Positions 41,400 through 53,835 of a stretch of 64,000 nucleotides of DNA are shown in pieces. A program made the position numbers and the translations under genes. The notes below the pieces were generated by a model that was not told where the DNA came from, did no database searches, and saw nothing but the letters and a program-made list of their open reading frames with translations. Origin of the DNA: Octopus sinensis. Taxonomy: Eukaryota. Where the stretch lies: positions 3,844,001 to 3,908,000 of the forward strand of contig NC_043025.1 in assembly GCF_006345805.1 (NCBI RefSeq), given 5' to 3'. Numbering within the stretch: the first letter of the stretch is position 1; each line of letters opens with the position of its first letter.

Positions 41400-41954
41400 T
41401 GTGTCTCTGACTTCTTGGCTGTTCAGGTGTGGCTGTTCAGGTGTGGCTCTTCAAGCTTTGGAATCACTGAAAGAAATATTTACAAGTTTTTGCAATTTGT
41501 AGTAACATTTCTTTATTACTCTTTTACTTGTTTCAGTCATGTGACTGTGGCCATGCTGGAGCACTGCCTTTAGTCGAGCAAATCGATCCCAGGACTTTGT
41601 AAGCCTTGTACTTATTCTATCGGTCTCTTTTGCCGAACCGCTAAGTTATGGGGCCATAAACACATCAGCATCGGTTGTCAAGCACACAAACATACACACA
41701 CACACACACACACGCACATACATATATGTATACAATGGGCTTCTTTCAGTTTCCATCTACCAAATCCACTCACAAGGCTTTGGTCGGCTCGAGGCCATAG
41801 ATGAAGACACTTGCCCAAGGTGCTATGCAGTGGGACTGAACCCGGAACCATGTGGTTCATTAGCAAGCTACTTACCACACAGCTACTCCTACACCTATAT
41901 GTCTAATAATCTATATTCTATTATTACAAGACATTCCTATCAGAACTATAAACA

Positions 41955-42569
41955 GTAGCACATACCCACACACATACACACATACACACACAAATACATA
42001 CATACATGCATACATACCATACATACACACATACATCTACACTACATACATACATAACACAACATACATACCACATACATACATACATACATACATACAT
42101 ACACACATACATACATACATACACAAATACATACCACACAACATACATACACACATACATACATACACACATACATACACACATAACATACATACATACA
42201 TACATACATACATACATACACATGACATAACATACAACATACCTACACAACATACATACATACATACATACATACATACATACATACATACATACATACA
42301 TGCATACATACATACATACAAACATACATACATACACACATACATACATACATACATACATACTGCATACATACATACATACATACATACATACATACCC
42401 ACATACATACATAACATCATACATACATACATACAGGCATACATACACACATACATACACACATACTATCCACACATACATACATACACCACATACATAA
42501 TACATACATAATACATACAACATACAACATACATACATACATACACACATACATACACACATACATACA

Positions 42570-42600
<31 letters not shown>

Positions 42601-43001
42601 GTCTATCACACATACATACACACATACACACATACATACATACATACATACACACATACATACATACATACATACATACATACATACATACATGCATACA
42701 TACATACATACCCATACACACACATACATACATACCTACATACATACATACATACATATGTCTATCACACATACATACACACATACACACATACATACAT
42801 ACATACATACATATGTCTATCACACATACATACACACATACACACATACATACATACATACATACATACATACATACATACATACATTTTATCACACCAC
42901 AATACACACATACACACATACATACATACATACATACATATGTCTATCACACATACATACACACATACACACATACATACATACATACATACATACATAC
43001 A

Positions 43002-43032
<31 letters not shown>

Positions 43033-43038
43033 GTCTAT
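41955..43038. repeat. (CATA)n/(CA)n microsatellite
   Basis: Direct inspection. Confidence 0.97.
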
Positions 43039-43417
43039 CTCCTGCCAGAGCTTGCTTCTCCATATTCACCAACTCAGCTCATCCAGGCTTTGCAGCCCTT
43101 CCTGTTTCTTTTCACTGTCTCGTTTTTGTTACCAACTTTGACCCTCCGCAAAATCCCAAACTTCATTTAATTTGCTTTGCGGGAGCAACTGCTATATCGA
43201 AAATGTATCTTGTTGTGAATTACTTGAAATACAAAGTAGAAAAACAGCCGACAACTGATGAAGGGTCGTTTTATCATGTTACTTGTCTTGTTTTCAATTT
43301 GTTTCTTTTGTTGTTTGCAAAAAAAGTTTGTATTCCATGCTTTTGTTTTTCGTATTTCATGTTGTTTACGTTCCGTGGTGTCCTGTGCCCATATATGCAT
43401 GTATATACAAATATATG

Positions 43418-43462
<45 letters not shown>

Positions 43463-44021
43463 ATGCATATATATTTATATATTATAAATTGAGATAGGGG
43501 TTGTGAGTGTAACCCTCTATGGGATAACATTTATCTAATATACTGCCAGTAAAGCACCCAATAAAGTTAATACATAAATGCTAACAATTGCAATGCAATT
43601 AATTCATTTATTGTATTATATGGGCAAAGGTAAAATGTTTTACCACAAATTAATAATACACAATAAGAAAATGGAGAAATACATCTAAATCAATGATCAA
43701 CTACCAGATAATACCCAAATCACATAATTTATTAAACCACTACATATGAACATCAAGATCAAACACAATAATACAGAACAAAACAGTGCACATCAATGAG
43801 TAATATGATACAATAAGTACAATACGTATAAATAAATATAAATAAAAATAAATATAAATATGAATTAGATCTTACAGCTGTTTCAGCCATGTAGATATGA
43901 GTATCTCATTATGCTCATATTAGCCAGGGGTGTTAAGTTAATATGTGGTTATAAATGAGATACTTACATATATATCTCAAGGCCTCTTCAATGTTATTTA
44001 TATTATATATAAATAAATATA

Positions 44022-44071
<50 letters not shown>

Positions 44072-44119
44072 GTATATTATCATGTTCAAAGTGTTTCAAA
44101 ATATTTTTCCTTACGTGCC

Positions 44120-45385
44120 ACCAGCATGGGTGCACTTAGCATGATGGGTCCTCTCAAGCAGAGCACATCGCCAAAGTCTCAGTCACATTCATTGCCTCGC
44201 TGAGGCTCAAAGTTTGAGGATCATACTTCACCACCTCATTCCATGTCTTCCTGGGTCTACCTCTACTACAGGTTCCCGCCACAGTTAGAAATTGGCACTT
44301 CTTTACACAATTGTCCTCATCCATATGACATCACATGACCATACCAGCGCATTCGTCTCTCCTGCACACTACATCTAATTCCTCTTAAGCCTAACTTTTC
44401 TCTCAAGATGCTTACACTCTGTCTTGTATGCACACTGACATTGCACATCCAGTGAAGCATACTGGCTTCATTTCTCTCAAGCCTTACACATGTCCTCGGC
44501 TATCACAGCCCATGATTCCCTGCCATGCAGCATAGCTGTTTGCACACAGGTATCAAACGATCTGCCTTTCACTCTGAGAGAGAGAGGCCCTTTGTTTCCA
44601 GCAGGGATAGGAGCTTTCTGAACTTTTCCCAGCCTATTCCTGTTCTCACAGCTATGCTCTCAGAGCATCCCCATTCACTGCTAGCTTGGTCACCAAGTTA
44701 ATGGAAGCTATCTTCTACCTCTAGCTTTCCTCCCCGCTAGTTGATGGAGTCTATTTCCTGTGCATTTTCAGCATTTATTGTACTTGTGCATCTTCCACAT
44801 GCAAAGTTAGTTTCCTTGGTAACCGTCCTCTGATATTACTGCACCTTTTATGTGTCCAAAGCTTACACTGGGTGCATCTGATGGAGTTTCTACCTACAAC
44901 TTTTCTACAGATTGAGCAGCGCCATCTACCTGAAGGGATTTGTGATTTGTCTGCCTTCCTACTTACTAAAACTTTGGTTTTGCTAGGTTTACTCTAAGGC
45001 CCTTCAATTCTAATCCTTGCTTCCACACCTGAAACTGAGGCTTTTTGATTCTAGACCTTGCTTCCATACTTGGAACTTCTTCTCTAGTTCAGGTAGTGAT
45101 TCAGGTCATCGGCACTGAGGAGCACCCAAGGTCAGCCTGTCTTGAATTCCTCTGTTATTGCTTGGAAGATTGTGATGAACAAGAGGGGGCTGAGCACCGA
45201 TCCTTGGTGAACCCCTATTTGTACCTTGGATTCACCACTATACTCATTGCACACACCCTCACATCACTGATAGTGTCCCTGTACAAGGCTTGTACAGCTC
45301 TCACCAACCACTTGTCTATCCCTAGTTTCTGATAAGGGATCAGAGACCTCTGTCAAAAGCTTTCTCCAAGTTAACAAAAGCCAAA
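44120..45385 (-). mobile_element. Degenerate RTE-clade LINE fragment
   Basis: Reverse complement aligns by eye to the RT and C-terminal part of copies A-C. Confidence 0.75.
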
Positions 45386-46510
45386 TAGATATATATGCAT
45401 CCCAACTAGATGGTTCTGGGTTCACTCCCACTGCATGGCACCTTGGGCAAGTGTCTTCTACTATAGCCTCGTGCTGACCAAAGGCTTGAGAGTGGATTTG
45501 GTTGATGGAAACTGAAAGAAGCCCATCAGTTTGGAAGCAAGCTTCTTACCATACAGGCGTGGTTGCCATCAGGAAGGGCATCAAGATGTAGAAACTTAGC
45601 CAGATCAGATTGGAACCTGGTGCAGCCCTCTGGCTTACCAATCCTCAGTCAAACCATCCAACCCATGCCAGCATGGAAAGCGGACATTAAACGATGATGA
45701 ATGGCCTTCTCTAAATGCATTAAAAGCATTCTAACCTGAGCGCTATTTCAAAAAGTTTATTTCCATTCTCTTGGAGCATATAAAAGAGAAATTTAGTTGG
45801 GGTAAACTGAGTCGGCCATGAGAAAGTGAATCCGCTTCTTCATTTCTCCAGAATTACATAAAAAAAAGAAAGAAAAAAAAAACAACTCATACATGTTGAC
45901 ACCCAATACATGTTGACATCAGAAATGCAACAAAGATTTTAAAAATCTAGGTCAAATTGAGGTCACTGATAAATTCGACCTGATTTAAAATTAGTGAAAC
46001 TCAACTAACCAAAAAAAAAAAACTCCACCACATAAAATGTTTTGTACGTTTCTTCACAATTTACAGGTTTTCTTCCTTGATATATTTAGTCAGCATGAAG
46101 TTAACGAACAGAAATTATTGCAATTAGTTATGGCTTATTTTATCCCTTAGTTTTTGAAAATTTAAAATCATTGGAATAGACAATAGTGTGGGAAAGAATT
46201 GACTTAGAAACCAGCAGAGAAAAGAATATTTTGATTGTTGAACACCAAAATTTGTCCAGGTATTTTATTAGCAATCTCAGGTTTGGATCAAAGTTGAAGA
46301 TGAGTTGCTTGAAAAAAAAAAAAAAAAGAAACCATACCTGTCACCTGACTGTTTCAAACTTTCCTAAATATGATGCAATACCTGTAATGATTTCAAACAG
46401 GTAGGAGAAAATAACATGAAATTAGAAATTGCCCATTTTACCACGATTACTAATTTTGCCCACCACTCCACCTGTATAAATGTATAATCACTGTATCATA
46501 TATATGTACG

Positions 46511-46596
<86 letters not shown>

Positions 46597-46597
46597 G

Positions 46598-46645
<48 letters not shown>

Positions 46646-47093
46646 TATATATATATACATATATATATATTTATATCTATATGTATTGCTTGCTTTTAGT
46701 TGTTTTGGTCAGTTGACTGTGACCTTGCTGGAGCACTGGCTAGAGGAATTTTTAGTTTCTTTTTAAGCCTGCTACTTATTTGATCAATCTATTTTGCTGA
46801 ACTGCTAAGTTGCAAGGAGGTAAAGACACCACCACTGGACGTCAAATGGTGGGAGTAACAAAAACTCAGGCACACACACATATACGACAGGCTTCTTTCA
46901 GTTTCCGTCTACCAAATCCACTCACAAGGCTTTAGTAGAAGACACTTGCCCAAGGTTTCATGCAGTGAGACTGAACCCGGAACCAAGTGGTTGGGTAGCA
47001 AGCTACTTAGCACACAGCCACGCCTATATCCAGGCACAAGCATGGCTGTGTGGTAAGAAGTGTGGCACCTTGGGCAATTGTCTTCCATAGCCT

Positions 47094-47193
47094 NNNNNNN
47101 NNNNNNNNNNNNNNNNNNNNNNNNNNNNNNNNNNNNNNNNNNNNNNNNNNNNNNNNNNNNNNNNNNNNNNNNNNNNNNNNNNNNNNNNNNNNN
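47094..47193. other. Assembly gap of 100 N
   Basis: Run of n; a round length suggests the true size is unknown. Confidence 0.99.
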
Positions 47194-48075
47194 TGTTGAA
47201 ATGCTTGAACGGAGATGTGTCGATATGTGCTGCATCCAAGAAGTAAGGTGGAGAGAAGGTTCTGCTAGGTTCCTCACAGGCAAAGAACACAGGTACAAGA
47301 TTTTCAGGGCAGGGAACACTGATGGGGTCGGGGGTGTGGGTATACTTCTTGTGCAGAAATGTGTAGATAAAGTAACTGAGGTGGTCAGAGTATGCGACAG
47401 AATACTTAAGATTAGATTAGTGCTCTATCATGGGTCAGCAACCATTATCTCAGCCTATGCCCTTCAGCCAGGCCTACCCAATGGACAGAAAGACCAATTC
47501 TATGACACCCTCTAACAGACTACTGCTGAGAGCCTCTGACCAGATCTGTGGATGGTGTAAATCCCCTCTTGACCCAAAATAACGTGGTGGTGGAACAATA
47601 TTGTTGACAGGGCTATTAGACAAAAGAAACAGGCTTGGAAGGACTGGAAGAACGGAGGTAGCAGGGAAGTGTATCAGACTGCCAGAAGGGAAGCTAGGAG
47701 ACAGGTTTATTTAGCCAGAGGGGAAGCAGATAATAAAAAATTTGCCAATGTTCTGAGCCGTGAGGACCAAAGACTTGAGATATTTCGTGTTGCAAGACAG
47801 TGTGTGAATGAGAATCGTGATGTGGTAGGAGAGAAATGTGTTCACATGGATGATGGTTTTCTTGCACTAAATGAGGCTGTAAAGAGAGAGGTTTGGAGAC
47901 GCCACTATGAAAGGTTGCTGAACAAAGAAAATGAATGGGATAAAAAGAGTCTGCCGAATGTTGACCCAACAGAGGGACCAGCCATCCGAGTTGACAGTAC
48001 CTTGGTAGATAAAGCAATTAAAAGTATGAAGACAGGGAAAGCCCCTGACCCATCAGGAATCACTGCAGAGATTAT
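47194..48075 (+). mobile_element. RTE-clade LINE fragment with AP-endonuclease domain, internally deleted, starting at the gap
   Basis: DMCCIQEVRW, GGVGIL, DRILKIRL and IISAYA endonuclease motifs, followed by EGPAIRVD...GKAPDPSGITAE. Confidence 0.85.
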
Positions 48076-48449
48076 CTCTAAGACACATTATTAACAATAC
48101 AGGTTTATGTAGCCACCCACCCCTTTTACCAATATATACTATCATGTTCATAATATATTTAAATGTTCTTATTTGTTGGTAAAAATATAAATCTAGCTAT
48201 ATGTACTTATTGCTACACTTTTACTTATTTATTTTTTAATTCTTATTGTAAGAAGTTAAATTAGTTGTTACAAATATAAATTTTTTAATTAGATATATTA
48301 TTTGACAATTTATGTTCTCACTTATACTTACCTATTCAATTAAGGGTATAGATCTATGATTCTTATCTACTATGTACACAGTGTTTATTTTTACCTAAAT
48401 TTATTTAATTACAAAAAAAATGTATATTTAACTTCAGGAACTTCTCTCT

Positions 48450-48960
48450 CTCTCTCTCTCTCTATCCGCTCAGTCGAAGTCGACTCTCGGACACTCGTTG
48501 GATCAGTGTCCTCCTGTCAGTTCTATTCTGGGCCGCTTCCTTCAGACTGGCCATGTCCATTCCGGTATCACTCTTGATGGTGTCAAGCCAGCGGGTTCTT
48601 GGTCGGCCTCTTCCTCTCTTGCCACTGACCATTCCGAGCATGATGTCCTTCTCCAGGGATCACCAAGCGTAAATTGGCATATTTCGGTCATATTATGTGG
48701 AGAAAATCTCCACATAATATGACCGAAATATGCCAATGTATGCTTGGTGATCCCAGCTTCTAGCGACATTTTCGGCCTGATCTGCTTAAGAACTTCTCCA
48801 TTGGTTGGCCTCTTCCTCTCTTGCCACTGACCATTCCGAGCATGATGTCCTTCTCCAGGGATTCTCTCCACATAATATGACCAAAATATGCCAATCTATG
48901 CTTGGTGATCCCAGCTTCTAGCCACATTTTCGGCCTGATCTGCTTAAGAACTTCTTATTA
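48450..48960 (-). mobile_element. BovB-like RTE 3' end with internal duplication and fold-back
   Basis: Minus strand EVLKQIRPKMSLEAGITKHTLAYFGHIM and a G.R.RGRP-type C-terminus; segment duplicated at 48600-48700 and 48790-48950. Confidence 0.7.
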
Positions 48961-49882
48961 TTCATACAGTGTTTATTTTGGTTAAATTTATATAAATTCA
49001 ATAAATATAAATATAAATCTTTTAACTCTATGAATAGACAAAAAACCCCATTCCCCACTCATTAATAGTATAATTTAATTAGATAAAATTAGATGATGGT
49101 TCAGGTTCCTACATTATTCATCAATTTAATTAATAGTGTAGAAGCTTGATTCTTTGGTAGCGTATACATGGTGTTTAATTCCTCAACTAAAACTACTTAA
49201 AATAAACAAAACTATATTTATTCATTCTTATGTATAATTGTATTATTCCCACAGTTTTTATTTAATTATTTTCATTTCAATTTATTTCAATTTATTCGAA
49301 GTATATTTAACCCTGTGCACACAGAATTGTGTGGTTGATGGGTGTCCTGTTCCCCCTTTGTGTGTCACGCTTGTCCGGCCACTTTTAAATTTCTCGATCC
49401 ACTTATACACACTTCATTATTTATTTTGGTAGTTTTGACATTTAGAGTCCCTCCTAGCGTGTGGTATTTATGTAAAGTAATGCCCTCAATATAAATAAAT
49501 AGATTTAAGAGAAAAATTTATGGATTTTTTTTCTCTTATGAGCTTTTTCACGTTAACTACTTGATAAATTCTTATAATGATTTTATCCTATTTTTAAATT
49601 GTATATATACATACATATATATATATATATATATACACATTTTAAATTGTATATATATATATATATATATATACATATATATTATATATATATATATATA
49701 ATACACACACACATATATATATATACATATATATACACACACACACACACACAAACACACATATATATATATATACATATATAAAGTTAATCCAAACATG
49801 AAAACACAAAGAGAAAACACAACGCAAGGACGTGGAACAAATATAGTATTATTTGACGCTCAGGAAAGAAGGAAAGAAGGAG

Positions 49883-49915
49883 TTAATGTTTCGAGCGGAG
49901 CTCTTTGTCAGAAAC
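49883..49915 (-). ncRNA. Decayed copy of the 51646 hammerhead
   Basis: gttt CTGACAA a gagc tcc gctc GAAAC ATT aact; G8 and G16.2 are mutated. Confidence 0.5.
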
Positions 49916-50044
49916 ATAGGAAAAGGAAAGATCCAGAGAAGGGAAGACCAAGGAAAAAAATCGCCAACGGTACACACGAGGTCACATTTTGAATGACCGG
50001 AAGGAAATGGGTGAAGTTCTTTCAAAGACAGGAGAGTGCAAGAA

Positions 50045-51090
50045 GAGGTATGTGTGTTTAAGTGTGGATATGTGCGTGCGTGAAGGTCTGCATGTGTGTG
50101 TGTGTGTATGTGTGCAATGATAACACGTGTGTGTGTGGTTGTGGCTGTTAATCTATGTGTGTGGTAGGGCTGAAGGAATTAGGAGTGGCTCTTGTGTCTA
50201 CCCATGTGGAAGAATGGTCAGTGAGAGGTACTGGTAGTTTGAAGTATGTGTGTGTGTATGTATATGTATTGTGTGTGTGTTTTGTTTGTAGTGTGTGTTT
50301 GTGTATGTATGTGTGTGTTCGTGTGTGTATGCATAGAGTTTGTGTGTGTGGCGAATAACTATGCTTTACTTTATGTATGTGTGTGTGTGTGCTTGTATGT
50401 GCATATGTGTGTACACATGTATGTATAATTGTGTGCTGTGTGTATGGGATGTATGTGTGGGTTCATTTGTGTGTGTGTATGTATGTGCATGCATGTCGTA
50501 TGTGCGTGTAGTTGTGTGTGCATGTATGTGTGTGTGTAAGCGTATGTGGGTGTATATACGTGTATTCGTGGGGTTGTGAGTGTTAGGTGCATGCATTCGT
50601 GTGCGTGTGTGCATGCGTATGTGTGCGCATGTTTGTGTGTGCATGTGTGTGTGTGTCTGTGTCTATATGTGTATATGTATGTGTATGTGTGTGCGCGCGT
50701 GTATGCATATATTGTGTGTATGTATATGCATAAGTGAATTTGTGTATGCGTGTGTGTCTGTGTTTTTTGGAGTTGTGTAGGCGTAATGTGTGTGTGTGTG
50801 CATACTTGTGTGTGTGTGTGCATACTTGTGTGTGTGTCTGTGCCCATGTGTGTATAATTGTGTACATATCTGGATGAGTATTGTTTGTTGGAGGTATGTG
50901 TGGGAACCTGTGCTGGTGTGTGTGTGCATGTACGTGTGTATATGTGTGTGTGCGTGTATTATGTGCATATGTATGTGCGTGTGTGTGTATGTGCATATGT
51001 GCATGTGTATATGTGTGTGTAAACGTGGAGATGTGTGTCAGATTGTGTGCATTTTATTGTGTGTACGCGATATATATATATATATATAAT
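50045..51090. repeat. Degenerate (TG)n/(TATG)n tract
   Basis: Direct inspection. Confidence 0.93.
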
Positions 51091-51645
51091 AGAAACAGGA
51101 GTGGCTGTGTGGTAAGTAGCTTGCTTACCAACCAGATGTTTCCGGGTTCAGTCCCACTGTGTGGCACCTTGGGCAAGTGTCTTCTGCTATAGCCTGGGCC
51201 AACCAATGCCTCATGAGTGGATTTGGTAGACGGAAACTGAAAGAAGCCTGTCGTATATATGTATATATATATATATATATATTTATATATGTATGCATGT
51301 GTATATGTTTGCGCTTAGTGGTTTGGCAAAAAGAGACCGATAGAATAAGTACTGGGCTTATAAAGAATAAGTCTCGGGGTCGATTTGCTCGACTAAAGGC
51401 AGTGCTCCAGCATGGCCGCAGTCAAATGACTGAAACAAGTAAAAGAAGAAAGAAGAAAAGAAGAAGGGGAAGTCAAAAATTATCCTAACTTTTGCCATAA
51501 CATCTCTTTACTATTGTCACACTGCCTTCTGTGCAAGTCTGCTATATACTTGGCACTATTGAGGTCATATGATGGAAGTTTGAGCCTGATCACACCGGTG
51601 ATTTTCCTTCCCCGTCTTCTCTCCTTGGATCTTTCCTTTTCCTAT

Positions 51646-51680
51646 GTTTCTGATGAAGAGCTCCGCTCGAAACGTTAAGT
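51646..51680 (+). ncRNA. Minimal hammerhead motif in a Penelope-like pLTR
   Basis: gttt CTGATGA a gagc tcc gctc GAAAC GTT aagt; stem I is weak (wobble pairs). Confidence 0.65.
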
Positions 51681-51780
51681 CCTCCTTCTTTCTTCCCGTT
51701 CCTGGGCGTCCAATAACTCTATACTTGTTCCACGTCCTCACGTTGTTGTGTTTTCTCTTTGTGTTTTCATGTTTGGATTA

Positions 51781-51828
<48 letters not shown>

Positions 51829-53835
51829 TAACATACATACATGTGTGTGTGAGTAAAGAGTAAAAACTCTCACCGGTCATGAATGACCATGGGATTGCAC
51901 CTACAAAGTTTTCTTCCAAAGCACAAGTCAGGGTAAGATTGTAGATTGTCTATGGAAGCCCAGCTGTTGTCCATGCATACCAGCCTCCCTCTTCTTTACA
52001 CCACTGATGTTATCCAAGGGAAAGGCAAAGGGGCCGATACAGCTTGGCACCAGTGACTTCATAACTCATTTCTACAGCTGAGTGAACTGGAGCAACGTGA
52101 AATAAAGTGTCTTGCTCAAGAACACAACATGCAGCCTAGTCCAGGAATTGAACTCACAACCTCATAATTGTAAGCCTGAGGCTCTAACTACTGAACCATG
52201 TGCCCTCACGTGTGTGTGTGTATGTGTCCTGCCACAATTTGACAACGACTGTTGGTGTGTTTACGTCCCCGTAACGTAGCGGTTCAGCAAAAGAGACTGA
52301 TAGAATAAATACCAGGCTTTAAAAAATAAGAACTGGGATCAATTCATTCGATTAGAAATTCTTCAAGGCAATGCCCCAGCATGGCCACAGTCTAATGACT
52401 GATGCGAGTGAAAGAGAGAAGATAAAAAATGGGGTTGGATATGTTTAAACAGTTTAAACCCTTTAAATTTTATCAAACATGGCAGTTTACATGCCCCCTT
52501 TTTGATCTGACCCCCACTACACCTTCCCCTATAGTAGTGTCCCCCAGTGAGAAAAGTTATGCATAACCCTTGTGTTTTCTACATGAAAGTGCACACATGG
52601 GTTCAATTCCAGCCCCAAGCAACACATTGTGTCCTTAAGCAAGTCTCTTCACTTCACATTGTTCCTCTCAACTCAACTGGGGAGCTGGCAGAATCATTAA
52701 CACACCAAGCAAAATGCTTAGTGGTATTTCATCTGCCACTACGTTCTGAGTTCAAATTCCACTCAGAGCAACTGTGCCTTTCATCTCATTTTGGGGCCAA
52801 TAAGGTAAGTATCAGTGGAACACAGGGGTTGATGCAATTGACTCAGCAACTCCTGGGGAAGAATATAAAAACTGACCCCCTCTATCCAGCCATGACAAAC
52901 CAGTGTGACAGAGCAGTTTCATCAAACCAGTATGGTCTCAAGCTCAAATTCATGGCCTGCACATCAGACCATGGTTAAGTGGAGCAAACATGCTGAGGCC
53001 TTTGTCCTGCAGGGGACAGAACATGGCCAGTTCAATCTGACCCAACCCAAACGCCTAAAACGCATGTAGTGTGTGTTAGCAAGTCATTCACAAATGACAG
53101 CCATTTCTTCTATTTCTGTTCCCCGTAAACTTGAGGCTGATCCTATAATCAACAGAAAGTGTAGCTTCTTTTAGACTCGTGACCATCACATCACACAACA
53201 TTCAGAAGGTTATGTTTACCCCAATCCCTGAACAGGAGACAGCTACAGAATTCCCAAAAACAACAAAAGACACAGAAAAACATTTGAACTTTCGCTTATG
53301 TCACATTTCTGTTGAAGATATTTCACACGTGATCAACAGCCATTCCTCACAAAAATGTTGTCTAGAAATTGCCTTTAAATGTTGCCTGGTGGTATTGTTG
53401 AAACATGATAGCATAATGCCATTTGTAAAAAAGACTGCCCTATGATAAATATAGAAAATGTTTCCGATCTGAAATGCATAAAACAACATTTTTATTACAA
53501 AATATTACACTAAATAGCGACACAGCAGGTCTGATGTAGTTGTTTTGGATATATAACACAAAGACCTATGTCCACAAATGTATGTCAGCTCCCAGTGACA
53601 ACCAGATTTCATTGTCAACCCGTGGGAATTGGAATATTTATGAGGACCGGCTCCTGAACTTGTAACTTTTTCTACCCAGGTTATAACTTTTCACTTTCTA
53701 CCTGTAATCAATGACATACTGGTTTTTAATTGCTATTGAATATCTAATTAGTAAACTTGAAAAACTACACACACTTTAATAAACACACTCTTGAAACAGA
53801 ATAGGGCTTTGGCACTTGAAAGGGGGAAGGACAAA

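Noticed and set aside
43250-43300. ctgatgaagggt as a hammerhead half (also ctgatgaag near 31320)
   Set aside because: No paired GAAA half or stem III nearby.
41924-43487. Long ORFs of MYVC/HTYI type (up to 335 aa), and similar ones at 17416-18155, 27113-27648, 50366-51192
   Set aside because: They are translations of (TATG)n, (CATA)n, (ATT)n and (TG)n microsatellites.
52860-53012. Strong minus-strand acceptor (ttctgtcccctgcag) as a coding exon
   Set aside because: All three frames stop within 20 codons; it could only be non-coding and has no other support.
53179-53445. 88-aa plus-strand ORF after a plausible acceptor
   Set aside because: No recognisable motif and no partner exon in matching phase.
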